Below are positions 9,201 to 17,562 of a stretch of 64,000 bases of DNA, piece after piece (positions within the stretch are counted from its first letter, which is position 1; each line of letters starts with the position of its first letter). Both the position numbers and the translations under genes were made by a program. The DNA comes from Candidatus Bathyarchaeia archaeon (lineage in GTDB: Archaea > Thermoproteota > Bathyarchaeia > Bathyarchaeales > Bathycorpusculaceae), in assembly GCA_038880555.1 (NCBI GenBank), contig JAVZRN010000002.1, positions 223,264 through 287,263 of the forward strand, in the 5' to 3' direction. The notes below the pieces were generated by a model. It saw nothing but the letters and a program-made list of their open reading frames with translations, made no database searches and was not told the DNA's origin.

Positions 9201-10086
9201 CCTTTTTCAAGCCTACAAGCTTTTCGAAGGCGCTGTTCACAATTAGGTTTCGCCTTTCAGCGTCCTTGAAATAAACGATGTCTGGGATCGCCTGAATCAA
9301 AGTGTTAAGGGTTGTTGTTATTCTTTGAAGGTTGTCCTCGTAGGCTTTTCGGGTTGTCACGTCTCTGGCTATTCCGAGCTCGCCAACAATCTTTCCATCT
9401 TCAATTAAAGGTACGCTTATAAACTCGCCAACCAAATATTCGCCGGACCTTAAGCGGACACGAAGTTCCACCACTTCCGGCTTGCCAGCAAGAGTTTTCT
9501 GGAAGGATTCCACAGCCCTTTCAAGGTCTTCTGGATGCACAAGCTCGGTGAAGGGTTTTCCAATCCACTCTTCACATTTCCAACCGGTGATCTTCTCAAA
9601 GGCTGGATTAAGCGAAATAATTCTCCCATCCGATGAAACACTGTAAATGACGTCTGGAGCAGCCTCAACAAGAGTTCTGTAACGCCTTTCACTTTCAACC
9701 AAAGCGCTTTCTGCTTTCTTGTGTGCAGTTACATCAATGGCGATTTCAAATCGGACGTACTTGTTTCCGGGCCAGCTTATGGCTTTATCTATACACTTGT
9801 ACCATTGATTTCTCTTCTTGCAGTGGTACTCCCACGTGTAGGTTTTTCCGAGGTTTTCTCCGAAAATATACTTGTTAGTGCAGAAGGGGCACGGGCTTTT
9901 GGCGCCATGGATAACCTCGTAACATTTTCTGCCCTCGACCCCTCCGCCGAGAACCTCTTTAAACTTGTCATTTGCGAAGAGTATCTCGTAGGTTTCAGGG
10001 TCAGCCACATAGACAAGGTCTTCTAAGCCATCAAACAACGCGTGAAGCCTTTCCAGAACATGGGATGTGGAGTCGTTTCTTTCCAT
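6166..10086 (-). CDS. Multi-domain sensor histidine kinase (several PAS, tandem GAF, HisKA, HATPase)
   Basis: H-box MVGHDLRNPLTSI, N/G boxes (NLIRNAVDAM, DTGVGI, GMGFGLSI), repeated PAS cores (SRDITEHK, ARDVTTRK, ITERVKLE) and two near-duplicate GAF modules. Confidence 0.9.
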   Translation of the reverse strand: MERNDSTSHVLERLHALFDGLEDLVYVADPETYEILFANDKFKEVLGGGVEGRKCYEVIHGAKSPCPFCTNKYIFGENLGKTYTWEYHCKKRNQWYKCIDKAISWPGNKYVRFEIAIDVTAHKKAESALVESERRYRTLVEAAPDVIYSVSSDGRIISLNPAFEKITGWKCEEWIGKPFTELVHPEDLERAVESFQKTLAGKPEVVELRVRLRSGEYLVGEFISVPLIEDGKIVGELGIARDVTTRKAYEDNLQRITTTLNTLIQAIPDIVYFKDAERRNLIVNSAFEKLVGLKKEDIIGKRDEELFPHDLAAQCRKSDEEVLSRGIAVRVEEQTVDEKGNRRIFDTIKVPIRDRNGNVAGLIGVSRDITEHKLIEEKLVEREELFRSIVENSHDGIAIIGDDYKITYANNELSNILGYPKEEIVGQDFRKFLTREYKAFFTNKKLCMQARRHKDQEKVLSEYRLKIVRKDGAEREIEVRAVTLRDAKGWIRTIAQVLDITERVKLEMERKLFEKRLSELNIYAKRLNDAKSIKEIYRLALDAMEKTLGFEYASILMVEENFLKMVAYRGYSKVFFLKLPLDGKKGITVKAVKTGKSIIVPDVRREKAYVLGGEEILSELATPMKIGRKVLGVLNVESRKPAAFKEEDKKLLELLASHVAIALSNLRRREKLSALNAYGRSLNRARNVEEVCSKTLDAMQRILGFKNVDFMLVVGKKLKLVKTRGLSFTPKLILPLDGDKGITVMAAKTGKTVYVPDVRKEKAYVDAGMKGILSELAVPIKIGNRVLGVLNVESEKLAAFDEEDRRLLEILASHVAIALSNLEKRESLEKLSEKLEHLMRSSTKIMTIKDARKRLKEIARTIQRFGWRRVVIGRVDENLERKELITVGLTKEEIKLLKERRAPGHVWKERLGSKFEKYKIGEFFYIPWRDPWIREHFFHIPPEIPLEEAEKHITTAVPSRLSEENMVDWHPQDMLYAPLRTPEGKIVGILSMDDPVDGRKPTRESLMPLELFLHQAAITIENAELMESLEKARRELQVYADQLEEKVEERTKELREIQDRLLRAQRLAVIGELAGMVGHDLRNPLTSIAGATYYLKRRLNQTIDGKVMEMLNLIEKNIGYSNKIINDLLDYSREIKLDITETTPKALVEDALASVEIPSNIHVVKVVRKAPRIRVDFEKVKRVLVNLIRNAVDAMPKGGTLTIKCRKRGANVEFVVADTGVGISKETMKKLWTPLFTTKAKGMGFGLSICKRFVEAHGGTIKVESALGEGSTFTVILPIEPEIKEEGGEKIWLKTQESSLLTTTKT
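7621..7656. repeat. 36-bp perfect repeat, copy 1 (inside the tandem GAF duplication)
   Basis: aaggttgcttaatgctattgcaacgtgggaagccaa recurs exactly at 8089..8124 (468-bp period, 156 codons). Confidence 0.9.
8089..8124. repeat. 36-bp perfect repeat, copy 2
   Basis: Identical to 7621..7656. The flanks stay similar, and both copies encode LASHVAIALSNL. Confidence 0.9.
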
Positions 10087-10089
10087 GTT

Positions 10090-10416
10090 TTAGGCATCAC
10101 CCGAAAAAATCCGCCTTTTCAAGCTCTCCACACTATTTATTAGGCTTGGCTGCTGGTTTTCAGGCTCTTCAAATTCCAGTTGAAACTTGTCGTAAAGCTT
10201 TTTTAGAATAAGCTTTTCTAGGTATGATGCTCCCGGTCCGAAGATTTTTTCCAGAGCCTTTTGGAACTCTGTTAGGTTCTGCGGGATTTCCTCCCGCTTT
10301 ATTTTGAAGGTGTTTTCCAAGTGGAATAGGATGGCTTGTTTTGGTGTGTCGCCGAGGGTTGATAGTCCCTCTTCAACGGCTTCTAGGAAGGTTTTTTGGA
10401 AGTCTTTTGGGGGCAC
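10090..10416 (-). CDS. Small conserved hypothetical protein, paralog B (GTG start)
   Basis: It aligns along its whole length with the ORF at 10532..10864 (FLEAVEEGLSTLGDTPKQAILFHLE vs FLEAVDEALASLGESAKQSIYYHLE). Its stop is 3 nt from the kinase start. Confidence 0.55.
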   Translation of the reverse strand: MPPKDFQKTFLEAVEEGLSTLGDTPKQAILFHLENTFKIKREEIPQNLTEFQKALEKIFGPGASYLEKLILKKLYDKFQLEFEEPENQQPSLINSVESLKRRIFSGDA

Positions 10417-10531
10417 TTCTGTTCGCCTTTAATTCAGTATATTAAATCTTAAGATGCATTAAACCTTTTCGAAAAACAAAATTAAAATCCTTATGAATCC
10501 AAAATCAATAAAAACCCTAAAACAAAAGCCT

Positions 10532-10864
10532 TTAACGCTTAGCCTTAACTTTCTTGAAGCTCCGCCTAGCAGCCTCCACATAATTCACAAAAACAAGCTC
10601 TTTTCGTTCGTCCCATTCAAGGGGCTTACCGATACGGTCATAAAGCTTCCTCATTATCAGGATTTCGAGAAACCGCGCCCCTATGCCAAAAATTTTCTCT
10701 AGGCCTTCCGCAAAATCCCCTATGCGTTTTGGAATCTCATTTCTGGGTATTTTGAACTTTTCTTCAAGGTGATAATAAATTGATTGTTTTGCGGATTCGC
10801 CCAGCGAAGCTAAAGCCTCGTCAACAGCCTCAAGAAAGATTTCCTCGAAGCTTTTGCCCGTCAA
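10532..10864 (-). CDS. Small conserved hypothetical protein, paralog A (TTG start)
   Basis: Paralog of 10090..10416, on the same strand and directly upstream. Confidence 0.55.
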   Translation of the reverse strand: MTGKSFEEIFLEAVDEALASLGESAKQSIYYHLEEKFKIPRNEIPKRIGDFAEGLEKIFGIGARFLEILIMRKLYDRIGKPLEWDERKELVFVNYVEAARRSFKKVKAKR

Positions 10865-10987
10865 CTTTCGCTCCTCTTTCCTTATGCATCCACATCAAGA
10901 TTAGAGTAACGGTTTAACGTTTTCTCGTTATAAAATTTGTGCGGCGCTTCAATTTTATATTGTTGATTAAGCCGAATTCGAATGGAT

Positions 10988-11167
10988 TTAGGGTTTTGGG
11001 GCTTGTTTGCGGACGCGCTCCTTCATTAGGCTTAGCTCCTTTGCATAGTCCATTAAGGCCATTCTTAGGGTTTCGCTCTCGCTTGTGCCAAGCCTTTTTG
11101 ACAACTCCTCTAAAATCTCCTTTTGCTCAATGCTTAGGACAACTTTGACTATGCGTTTTCTAGGCAT
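10988..11167 (-). CDS. Ribbon-helix-helix (CopG/Arc-like) regulator
   Basis: MPRKRIVKVVLSIEQKEILEELSKRLGTSESETLRMALMDY shows the beta-strand plus two-helix RHH pattern. It is divergent from the provirus plus-strand genes. Confidence 0.6.
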   Translation of the reverse strand: MPRKRIVKVVLSIEQKEILEELSKRLGTSESETLRMALMDYAKELSLMKERVRKQAPKP

Positions 11168-11259
11168 TACTTTTGCCTTCGGTGTATTCTGTATATTTAG
11201 TATATCAGAAACACTTAAAAGACTTACTCCACAAAATATCAAAGGGGAGAAGCAATAAA

Positions 11260-11691
11260 ATGAAAACTTTACGCATATCAGACGACGTCCACCAGAAACT
11301 CACAGCCCTACTAGGCGAGCTTATGGCCCAAACCAGCAAGATGCAAACATACCAAGACGCCATTGAAGCCATGCTATACCAGTCGGTGATACTGCCACCT
11401 GAACTCCTAAGCGAGGTTGAGCGTTTTATCCAAACCCATAAGGGGAGGGGCTACACCACTAAAGAGGAGTTTATACGCCAAGCAGTGCGCTTCATGCTGA
11501 AATGGGAGTCTGGCGGATACGAGTATGTGGAGGTTCCGAGGGAAGATTATGAAAGGCTTAACAAAGCCTTAAAGGAGATGGACACGCCCTACACGAACGC
11601 TGAAGACTTCATTTACAAACAGATTCAAAAAGCCCTAGAACAATACGAGGAATGGCAGAAAATGAGAGAGGACGTGAGGAAACGACCATGA
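11260..11691 (+). CDS. RHH-like DNA-binding protein
   Basis: The ATG follows a GGGGAG site. The N-terminus MKTLRISDDVHQKLTALLGEL and the segment GYTTKEEFIRQAVRFML resemble RHH elements. Confidence 0.55.
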   Translation: MKTLRISDDVHQKLTALLGELMAQTSKMQTYQDAIEAMLYQSVILPPELLSEVERFIQTHKGRGYTTKEEFIRQAVRFMLKWESGGYEYVEVPREDYERLNKALKEMDTPYTNAEDFIYKQIQKALEQYEEWQKMREDVRKRP

Positions 11692-11933
11692 GCCGCGCAG
11701 TGCTATCCGCCATATTAGCCGAAATCGGCGTAATGCTAAATGAAACGGAAAAAGAGCTGCTTTACCATGAGCTTTTAGCCTATTTTGGGCTTGTCGGCGC
11801 GTTAAACGAGTGCCAAGCCCTAGAAAATGCTTGGCAAGACCCCTACAACAAACATGAAATAGAGGAGTTCATAAAAGCGTGGCTGAGGCGAAAACAGAGG
11901 TGGAGAGAAGAAATAATGACATGGGTGGTCTAA
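11688..11933 (+). CDS. Hypothetical protein
   Basis: ATGA start/stop overlap with the upstream gene. No recognisable motif. Confidence 0.4.
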   Translation: MSRAVLSAILAEIGVMLNETEKELLYHELLAYFGLVGALNECQALENAWQDPYNKHEIEEFIKAWLRRKQRWREEIMTWVV

Positions 11934-11939
11934 GGCAGG

Positions 11940-12269
11940 ATGGCTTTTGACATTTCATTTATCGCAAGCATCATCATAATCCTAGTGCTTGTGCTTTTTC
12001 TACTGGTCTTCGCCTTCGCAACGCTATCCTTTCTAAAATGGATGAAAGCCTCCGCCTATTATGAGAGGCCGCCAGCCATAAAAATTGAGGAGTACGCTTG
12101 CCCAAAATGCGGCTCAAAAGAACTGGAGCTTATTGGAAGACGCACATTAAGGTGTAAGAAATGCGGGACAATATTTACGATACGCGCTCATGCCGCTGAG
12201 GAGTATTGGGTTTTCTGGCCCTTCTTCTGGTTCTTCCCCATAATATGGTGGAAAACAATAAAGGACTAG
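11940..12269 (+). CDS. Membrane-anchored zinc-ribbon protein
   Basis: N-terminal TM helix, then CPKCG...x14...CKKCG, then a W/F-rich C-terminal TM. Confidence 0.5.
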   Translation: MAFDISFIASIIIILVLVLFLLVFAFATLSFLKWMKASAYYERPPAIKIEEYACPKCGSKELELIGRRTLRCKKCGTIFTIRAHAAEEYWVFWPFFWFFPIIWWKTIKD

Positions 12270-12398
12270 CCCCTTTTCCGATTCTGAAAATTTTTGCCTT
12301 GGGCCAACGGGTTGGGCTGTGTTTGGGCCAATAGATTGGCCCTTGTGTGGTACAATTCGACTTTTCATTTTCTTTGCTGTATTATTCTTTTGCTGAAA

Positions 12399-13631
12399 AT
12401 GCGTGTTAGGGGGCTGGTGTCTGGGGTGCCTTGGGAAGTAACCGCCAACTATATTCGTAGTGGCCACCGAAATTTGGACGATTTTGAGCCTGAAAGTCTC
12501 CGCACAATTGTGCTTTCTGATGCTGATGGGATTAAGGCCATTATTGGTAAGCCTAAGGGCGGTAAAGGCTCCACTGAGGTTGTTAGCTATCTTTTTGATG
12601 TTTCTAAGGGATGGACTTTGGAGAAGGCCAAAGAATGGTTTGAGAGGCATTCTAGGCGTAAAGAGCATTTCTTTGCTGTTTTGCCCTTCAAAGTGCTTGA
12701 GAAGGTTGTTGATAAGCCGCTGCGCATCCGTGGCATAGCATTAACTGCTGGCATGAGCCGAAACTTGAATGTTTACTTGCCAGAAGAGCTTGAAGCCTTT
12801 GCCAGTCGGCTTGTTTCCGCGCCTGTTTACGTGGAGCACGTGGCTGCCGCGAACGCTGTTGGAAAAGTGGTGGACGCCCACTGGGATGGGCAGAACCTCT
12901 GGTATGAGGCTGAAATCTACGATGACGAAGTTGCCGAAAAAATTCGTAAGGGGCTGATCCGCCATGTGAGCATAGGCGCCGACTACGAGCGTCTGGATTT
13001 TGTTGATGGCAAAATCCCCAAAGGCTTGCACAACGCCGAACTAAGCCTTGTGGCTGTTCCAGGCGTTCCGGAGGCGAACATCCAAATCTTGGAGAGGCTT
13101 CAGGAGCAGTGCTTCAGTCCAATAGCTTCAGGCGAGTACATTCTCGGATTCTACCAGGACGTGGAGGCTTTTCTGCCAGAGCATTTCGCCACTGTTTGGC
13201 TTGACCGTGAGAATGGCGTTTTAGCCATCATGGGGCGTCCCAGAGCGGAGCCGGACACCAGCCTTGTTCAGAGCATATTTTTTGCCAAGGAGAAGATGTG
13301 GGATGAGCGGAAAATTAGGGACTGGCTTAGCTTGCATCCAGCCTACATGGCGCCTGTTCCAACGGCTAAAACTTTGAAGGAGAGTGAGGCTGGTGGTGAC
13401 AGCGGCGGCGGTAAAGCTGGCTCTGGGGCTGAGGGCTTGTTTGTTAAAAGCGCCAAGCCAATGATTCCCATCGAGGATGTTGCGAGGATGATAAGGAATG
13501 TTTTGCCAAGCCCGATGGTGGAGCGTAGCTGGGGACTTGGTCCCCAAAGAATGTGCCAAGAGCTCCGCGGCGTGCTCCATAAACTAAGCAAGCTTGAAGG
13601 AGCTGTGAAACAGAATGTTTGTGGGCGTTGA
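12399..13631 (+). CDS. Prohead (HK97-type, S78-like) serine protease with an extra N-terminal domain and a long C-terminal tail
   Basis: The core IRGIALTAGMSRN...PVYVEHV...WYEAEIYD...IRHVSIGADYE fits the caudoviral prohead protease His/Ser pattern. It lies directly upstream of the capsid genes. Confidence 0.75.
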   Translation: MRVRGLVSGVPWEVTANYIRSGHRNLDDFEPESLRTIVLSDADGIKAIIGKPKGGKGSTEVVSYLFDVSKGWTLEKAKEWFERHSRRKEHFFAVLPFKVLEKVVDKPLRIRGIALTAGMSRNLNVYLPEELEAFASRLVSAPVYVEHVAAANAVGKVVDAHWDGQNLWYEAEIYDDEVAEKIRKGLIRHVSIGADYERLDFVDGKIPKGLHNAELSLVAVPGVPEANIQILERLQEQCFSPIASGEYILGFYQDVEAFLPEHFATVWLDRENGVLAIMGRPRAEPDTSLVQSIFFAKEKMWDERKIRDWLSLHPAYMAPVPTAKTLKESEAGGDSGGGKAGSGAEGLFVKSAKPMIPIEDVARMIRNVLPSPMVERSWGLGPQRMCQELRGVLHKLSKLEGAVKQNVCGR

Positions 13632-13727
13632 TGGCACTTTCGCGGTTGCCTATGCATGTTTGGGAGTAAGCCAGGATGAACTGGCTGAAACCGTAAAAAG
13701 CCTTTATGTATGGAGGGAGGGTGGCTT

Positions 13728-14159
13728 ATGGCTGACAACACTGGTAAGCCTTGGATGGGTATCGGCGAGACAGACGACCCTAAGGCTTTTATTGAAACCT
13801 TTGAGGCTGCAGCAGCCATAACAAAGGGCGACCCAGTCTATTTAAGTGCTGATGACAAGGTTAGCCCAGCAACTTCAGCGCAGGACTGTGTTGGCGTAGC
13901 CCTAAAGAGTGTGGCGGCAGGCGACCCCTGCCCAGTGCTGGTTCGTGGAAGAGTTAAGGTGAAGGTTGGAGGCGCTGTAACTCGTGGTAAAGCGGTTTAC
14001 GGTGCTGATTCCAGTAGGCGAGTACTGCAGTTGACAGACCAAGCCGTGAACGAGGGTGGGACGGCAACCTACACCATCTATTACAACCGCAAGCTTGGGT
14101 GGGCTTTGGAGTCTGCCTCTGCGGCTGAAGACCTCATCTTCATTTACGTGGAAAAGTAG
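13728..14159 (+). CDS. DUF2190-like small capsid-associated (decoration/scaffold-like) protein
   Basis: The ATG is preceded by GGAGGGAGGG. The sequence AITKGDPVYL...VGVALKSVAAGDPCPVLVRGRVKVKVGG and its position between protease and capsid are typical of this family. Confidence 0.6.
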   Translation: MADNTGKPWMGIGETDDPKAFIETFEAAAAITKGDPVYLSADDKVSPATSAQDCVGVALKSVAAGDPCPVLVRGRVKVKVGGAVTRGKAVYGADSSRRVLQLTDQAVNEGGTATYTIYYNRKLGWALESASAAEDLIFIYVEK

Positions 14160-14172
14160 GGAGGGTGCGCAC

Positions 14173-15126
14173 GTGAAACCGAGGCTTTTTGAGAGTTTGA
14201 TGGAGACGGACAGCGAGTTCCGCCAGCTCATGGAGAATCTGAGCCGAAGGGCTTCGACGCATCCCTTTTTGAGGCGTTACTGTGAGGTAGCCCTTAAAGA
14301 GAGGCTTTTCAGCGACACTGTTGGCGCCATTGGGCATATGCATGACACATTGGTTGAGGCTGCCTACCCGGAAATGATTGGAAGAGAAATCGTTATGGTG
14401 CGTCCCACAACTGAAGCCATGGAAAGATTCCCGTTAGATGAGAAGGCTGTGGCTTACCGTTATGCTGAGGGCGCCTACACGAGGCTTAGTGGCAAGAAGG
14501 TCAGCACCGTGGATGTTTACACAAACATTGTGGCTGAGGCTTCTGAAGTTTGGACTAGGGAGTTTTTGGAAGACGCCACGTGGAATGTTATGGAAACCAT
14601 GACTGAGAAGGTTGGAAGAGCCCTAGGCGAGGCTGAAACCAACAAGATTCTATCCATGTATGGGGCTATTGCCAATGCGGATTTGGCTGGCGGCGCCCCA
14701 ATAGACAATAATGGGCAAGCCCTAAACTGGTCTGGCGTTGTCAAGCTTCACAATGCTGTTAGGGGCGAAAACTGGCGTCCAACAGTGCTAGCCCTAAACG
14801 AGGTTCAACTCCACCAACTGCTTAACGACGACAAATTCATTCACGCACAGTACCTGCCATCAGAGCAAGTGGACCTGGAGCGGGGCGTTGTTGGCAACGT
14901 TTTAGGTATGAAGGTTTTGGCAAGCACCCTAGTGCCCAACGGCGTGGCTTACGCCATAGACACAAGAGTGGCAGCGGTCATGCTTCTCCGCAGAGACATA
15001 ACTGTGGAGGACTGGGAAGACCCTAGGACGGGTGAGTTCGGAGTTAGGGCAACAACCCGCTTTGGCTTAGGCGTACTACGCAGCAAGGCAGTAGCCAAAA
15101 TGGTGAACATTAGCACTTCGCTGTAG
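14173..15126 (+). CDS. Major capsid protein (HK97 fold predicted)
   Basis: About 317 aa, directly after the protease and DUF2190-like genes. The C-terminal pattern is VLGMKVLAS...AYAIDTRVAAVMLLRRDITVEDWEDPRTGEFGVRATTRFG. The start could be GTG 14173 or ATG 14200. Confidence 0.75.
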   Translation: MKPRLFESLMETDSEFRQLMENLSRRASTHPFLRRYCEVALKERLFSDTVGAIGHMHDTLVEAAYPEMIGREIVMVRPTTEAMERFPLDEKAVAYRYAEGAYTRLSGKKVSTVDVYTNIVAEASEVWTREFLEDATWNVMETMTEKVGRALGEAETNKILSMYGAIANADLAGGAPIDNNGQALNWSGVVKLHNAVRGENWRPTVLALNEVQLHQLLNDDKFIHAQYLPSEQVDLERGVVGNVLGMKVLASTLVPNGVAYAIDTRVAAVMLLRRDITVEDWEDPRTGEFGVRATTRFGLGVLRSKAVAKMVNISTSL

Positions 15127-15175
15127 CCAAACGCGTGAAAGGGCTGACTTGAAAAAGGGTGGCGGGTGCCTTTTG

Positions 15176-15433
15176 ATGGAAACCCTCGAAGCGAAATGTC
15201 CAAGATGCGGCGTAACCCACCAGTTGCGAAGCAAGCAAGACACTGTAATCTGCGACTGTTGGCGCATCTGCCCAATTTGCGGGGAGGAGATGACGCCCTA
15301 CACGCCTGACACTGCGCCGAAAACCTATGGGTTGGACGGTTTGAGGGAAATGCGAGTCCTAATGGTTTGCACCCGCCACCACCCCAATTTTTATGGCACG
15401 CAAAAGCCTGTGGAGGTTAGGGCTGATGCGTAA
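15176..15433 (+). CDS. Small zinc-finger protein
   Basis: CPRCG...CDC...CPICG cysteine pairs. Confidence 0.45.
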   Translation: METLEAKCPRCGVTHQLRSKQDTVICDCWRICPICGEEMTPYTPDTAPKTYGLDGLREMRVLMVCTRHHPNFYGTQKPVEVRADA

Positions 15434-15665
15434 GCTCGGCGACAGGCTCCACTTGGCGAAGATTGTGCTTTCAGAGCTTAAAAAACGCCCGCTGGGCAGG
15501 ACAGAGCTGGAGAAGAGGACAATCCGCCAGTTTGGAACCCACAGCGCCTTCGAGGGAATATTCCGCTATCTTGTTCAGGGCGGTTATGTGACGAAAAGCG
15601 AGAGCCGCCACAGAGCACCCTACACGATAACCGAGAAGGGACTGAAGCTTCTGGAGGGCTTATAG
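15426..15665 (+). CDS. Winged-helix DNA-binding protein
   Basis: LSELKKRPLGRTELEKR...FRYLVQGGYVTKSE...YTITEKGLKLLE resembles a PadR/MarR-like wHTH. Confidence 0.55.
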   Translation: MRKLGDRLHLAKIVLSELKKRPLGRTELEKRTIRQFGTHSAFEGIFRYLVQGGYVTKSESRHRAPYTITEKGLKLLEGL

Positions 15666-15669
15666 GCTT

Positions 15670-16893
15670 ATGGGCAGTGTTTTAAGGCGGCTTATTGAAG
15701 CCTTCACCTTGAAAAGGCGGAGCGGCTACGCATACGCAGAACCCCAAACAGTCTACGAGACTCCGAGCATTCCATTGGCTGATGTTATTAGGCTTTATGA
15801 GCGGGACCCGGCTTGTAAGGCGAGCGTAGACCTTTTGGCGGCTTCAGCCGTTGGGATGGGCTTCTACACAACAGTGAACGAAAGGTATGCGAAGGCTGGG
15901 GAAGCCAAACGCGTCATAGACCAGTTTAATGAAGAGGCTAATTTGGACATGCTTTTATGCGACATGGCAAGAGTGCTAATCGCTTGCGGAAACGATTTCT
16001 GGCTTAAAATAACCCCTGAAAAGCTTATCAGCCTTCATCGGCTGCCAGTGGACGCCGTAGAAAAAATAGAGTACAGCCTAATCCGTGAGGCGGGACTTAA
16101 AATCCCATACAAGGTTGAGGGCTACAAGCTTCGTTTGGCTTATGGTGGCGAAACCCTAAATTCGGAGGCGGTTATCCACTGGCGGATAAACTGTTTGGGC
16201 TCTTCTGGTTTTGGAACAGGCGTCTTGCAGGTTTTGCTGCATACGCTAGCCTTCTTTTCGGATCGGCGACCAGCCTATGCTTGGATGAAAGCCAAAATTG
16301 AGCGCATAATGCCAAAAATCTTTGAGAAGTATGCAGGACCAGACGTTTTGGCTCTTCTGGAGAGGGCTGACGCTGGCACCATCCAAAAGTTTGAGAAAGC
16401 CATTAAAAGCCGCCCGGAAGAGGGCGTATGGCTATTCTACAGCGGAAAGGGCGACATAAAACCGCTTACGATAGATCCCCGCGCAAGATTCGAATATTAC
16501 GTAGACTACCTCGTGAACCAGTTCTATCTTGGGTGTGAAACGCCGCTGCCAAGGCTTTTCAGCACTCCGGGCTTCACAGAAGCCAGTGCAAAAGCCGCCT
16601 TGGAACTGCAGGACATGCTCATAAAACCCATTCAACGCTATATTAAGCGGCAAGTGGAACACGCCATTTTCAAGCTTGTTCTTGTTCAGGCTGGGCTGGA
16701 CCCTGTTGAGGCTGGTGTTCGCCTAAACTGGGGTTCTCCAAAAACGCCTCAGATAAGCGTTTCAGACATGTTGAAAGCCGCTGAGTTGGGGCTTATCCGC
16801 CTAGAAGAGTTCCGCAAAAACGCCTTAAAGTGGGGTTGGGAGTTGTGGGAGCGCTCCGAAACCACTCCAGAAAGGCGGGAGGCAGAAGCCTAA
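15670..16893 (+). CDS. Portal protein candidate
   Basis: 407 aa, the only portal-sized ORF in the head module. The call rests on size and context only. Confidence 0.5.
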   Translation: MGSVLRRLIEAFTLKRRSGYAYAEPQTVYETPSIPLADVIRLYERDPACKASVDLLAASAVGMGFYTTVNERYAKAGEAKRVIDQFNEEANLDMLLCDMARVLIACGNDFWLKITPEKLISLHRLPVDAVEKIEYSLIREAGLKIPYKVEGYKLRLAYGGETLNSEAVIHWRINCLGSSGFGTGVLQVLLHTLAFFSDRRPAYAWMKAKIERIMPKIFEKYAGPDVLALLERADAGTIQKFEKAIKSRPEEGVWLFYSGKGDIKPLTIDPRARFEYYVDYLVNQFYLGCETPLPRLFSTPGFTEASAKAALELQDMLIKPIQRYIKRQVEHAIFKLVLVQAGLDPVEAGVRLNWGSPKTPQISVSDMLKAAELGLIRLEEFRKNALKWGWELWERSETTPERREAEA

Positions 16894-17010
16894 TGCTGTT
16901 TTTCCACGTGTTTTCTCCTTTCTCCCCTCGAAAAAGGGTGCACGCCTTCCCTCTTTCTGGGTGGCGGAACAGCCTTGGAAAAGGGCATTAAGCGTTAGGG
17001 AGGTGACTGG

Positions 17011-17250
17011 ATGAACCTTCTACATATCGGTTTGGGTGTTGGCGCCGCTTTAGCCTACGCCTTTCTAGGGTTTGCAGCCCAAGAAAAGCCCTTCAACTGG
17101 CGAAAGTTCCTCAGAACAGTGGCTATTGCCGCCTTCTCAGCGCTTGGCTTGGACTTGGCTGGCATGACCTTTGACGTTTACACAGCCCTTGTTGGACCAA
17201 CAGCCATAACGGTTTGGCTTCAAAAACTTGTGGACACTGCTAAACACTGA
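17011..17250 (+). CDS. Small membrane protein (holin-like size, 2-3 TM)
   Basis: Hydrophobic segments GLGVGAALAYAFLGFA and AIAAFSALGLDLAGM. Confidence 0.45.
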   Translation: MNLLHIGLGVGAALAYAFLGFAAQEKPFNWRKFLRTVAIAAFSALGLDLAGMTFDVYTALVGPTAITVWLQKLVDTAKH

Positions 17251-17276
17251 AAACAGGCGAGGGAGTGAGGCATAAA

Positions 17277-17510
17277 ATGAGCCGGGAAGTGCCCTATTGG
17301 CGTTATGAAGAGGCTTTTAAGGCTGTTCACAGTGCCCTAAGCGGGCTTATGGCTCCTCCAAGCGGTAAGAGGGTTACACGGCTGACGTTTACATGGAATG
17401 CCGACGGCACTATTAGCACTATTAAGGCGTTTATGGGCGAGGAGTTGCTTTTCACCCTCACCTTTTCTTGGAACGCGGATGGCACTATGCGGGAGGTGGC
17501 TCGAACATAG
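17277..17510 (+). CDS. Hypothetical protein with an internal TF(T/S)WNADGT repeat
   Basis: LTFTWNADGTI and LTFSWNADGTM lie 26 aa apart. Confidence 0.4.
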   Translation: MSREVPYWRYEEAFKAVHSALSGLMAPPSGKRVTRLTFTWNADGTISTIKAFMGEELLFTLTFSWNADGTMREVART

Positions 17511-17562
17511 GCTGGTTTAACAGTCTGTGCGGGAAACCAATAGAATGGAGGATTGATATAGG

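Noticed and set aside
10990-11000. Possible att direct repeat GGTTTTGGG shared with 28553..28563
   Set aside because: The match is only 9-10 nt, one copy lies inside a coding region, and such a match is expected by chance in 64 kb. I could not find a convincing longer flanking repeat by eye.
12147-12668. 173-aa minus-strand ORF overlapping the zinc-ribbon and protease genes
   Set aside because: It has no motif and overlaps two better-supported plus-strand genes. It sits in a block where all real genes are on the plus strand.
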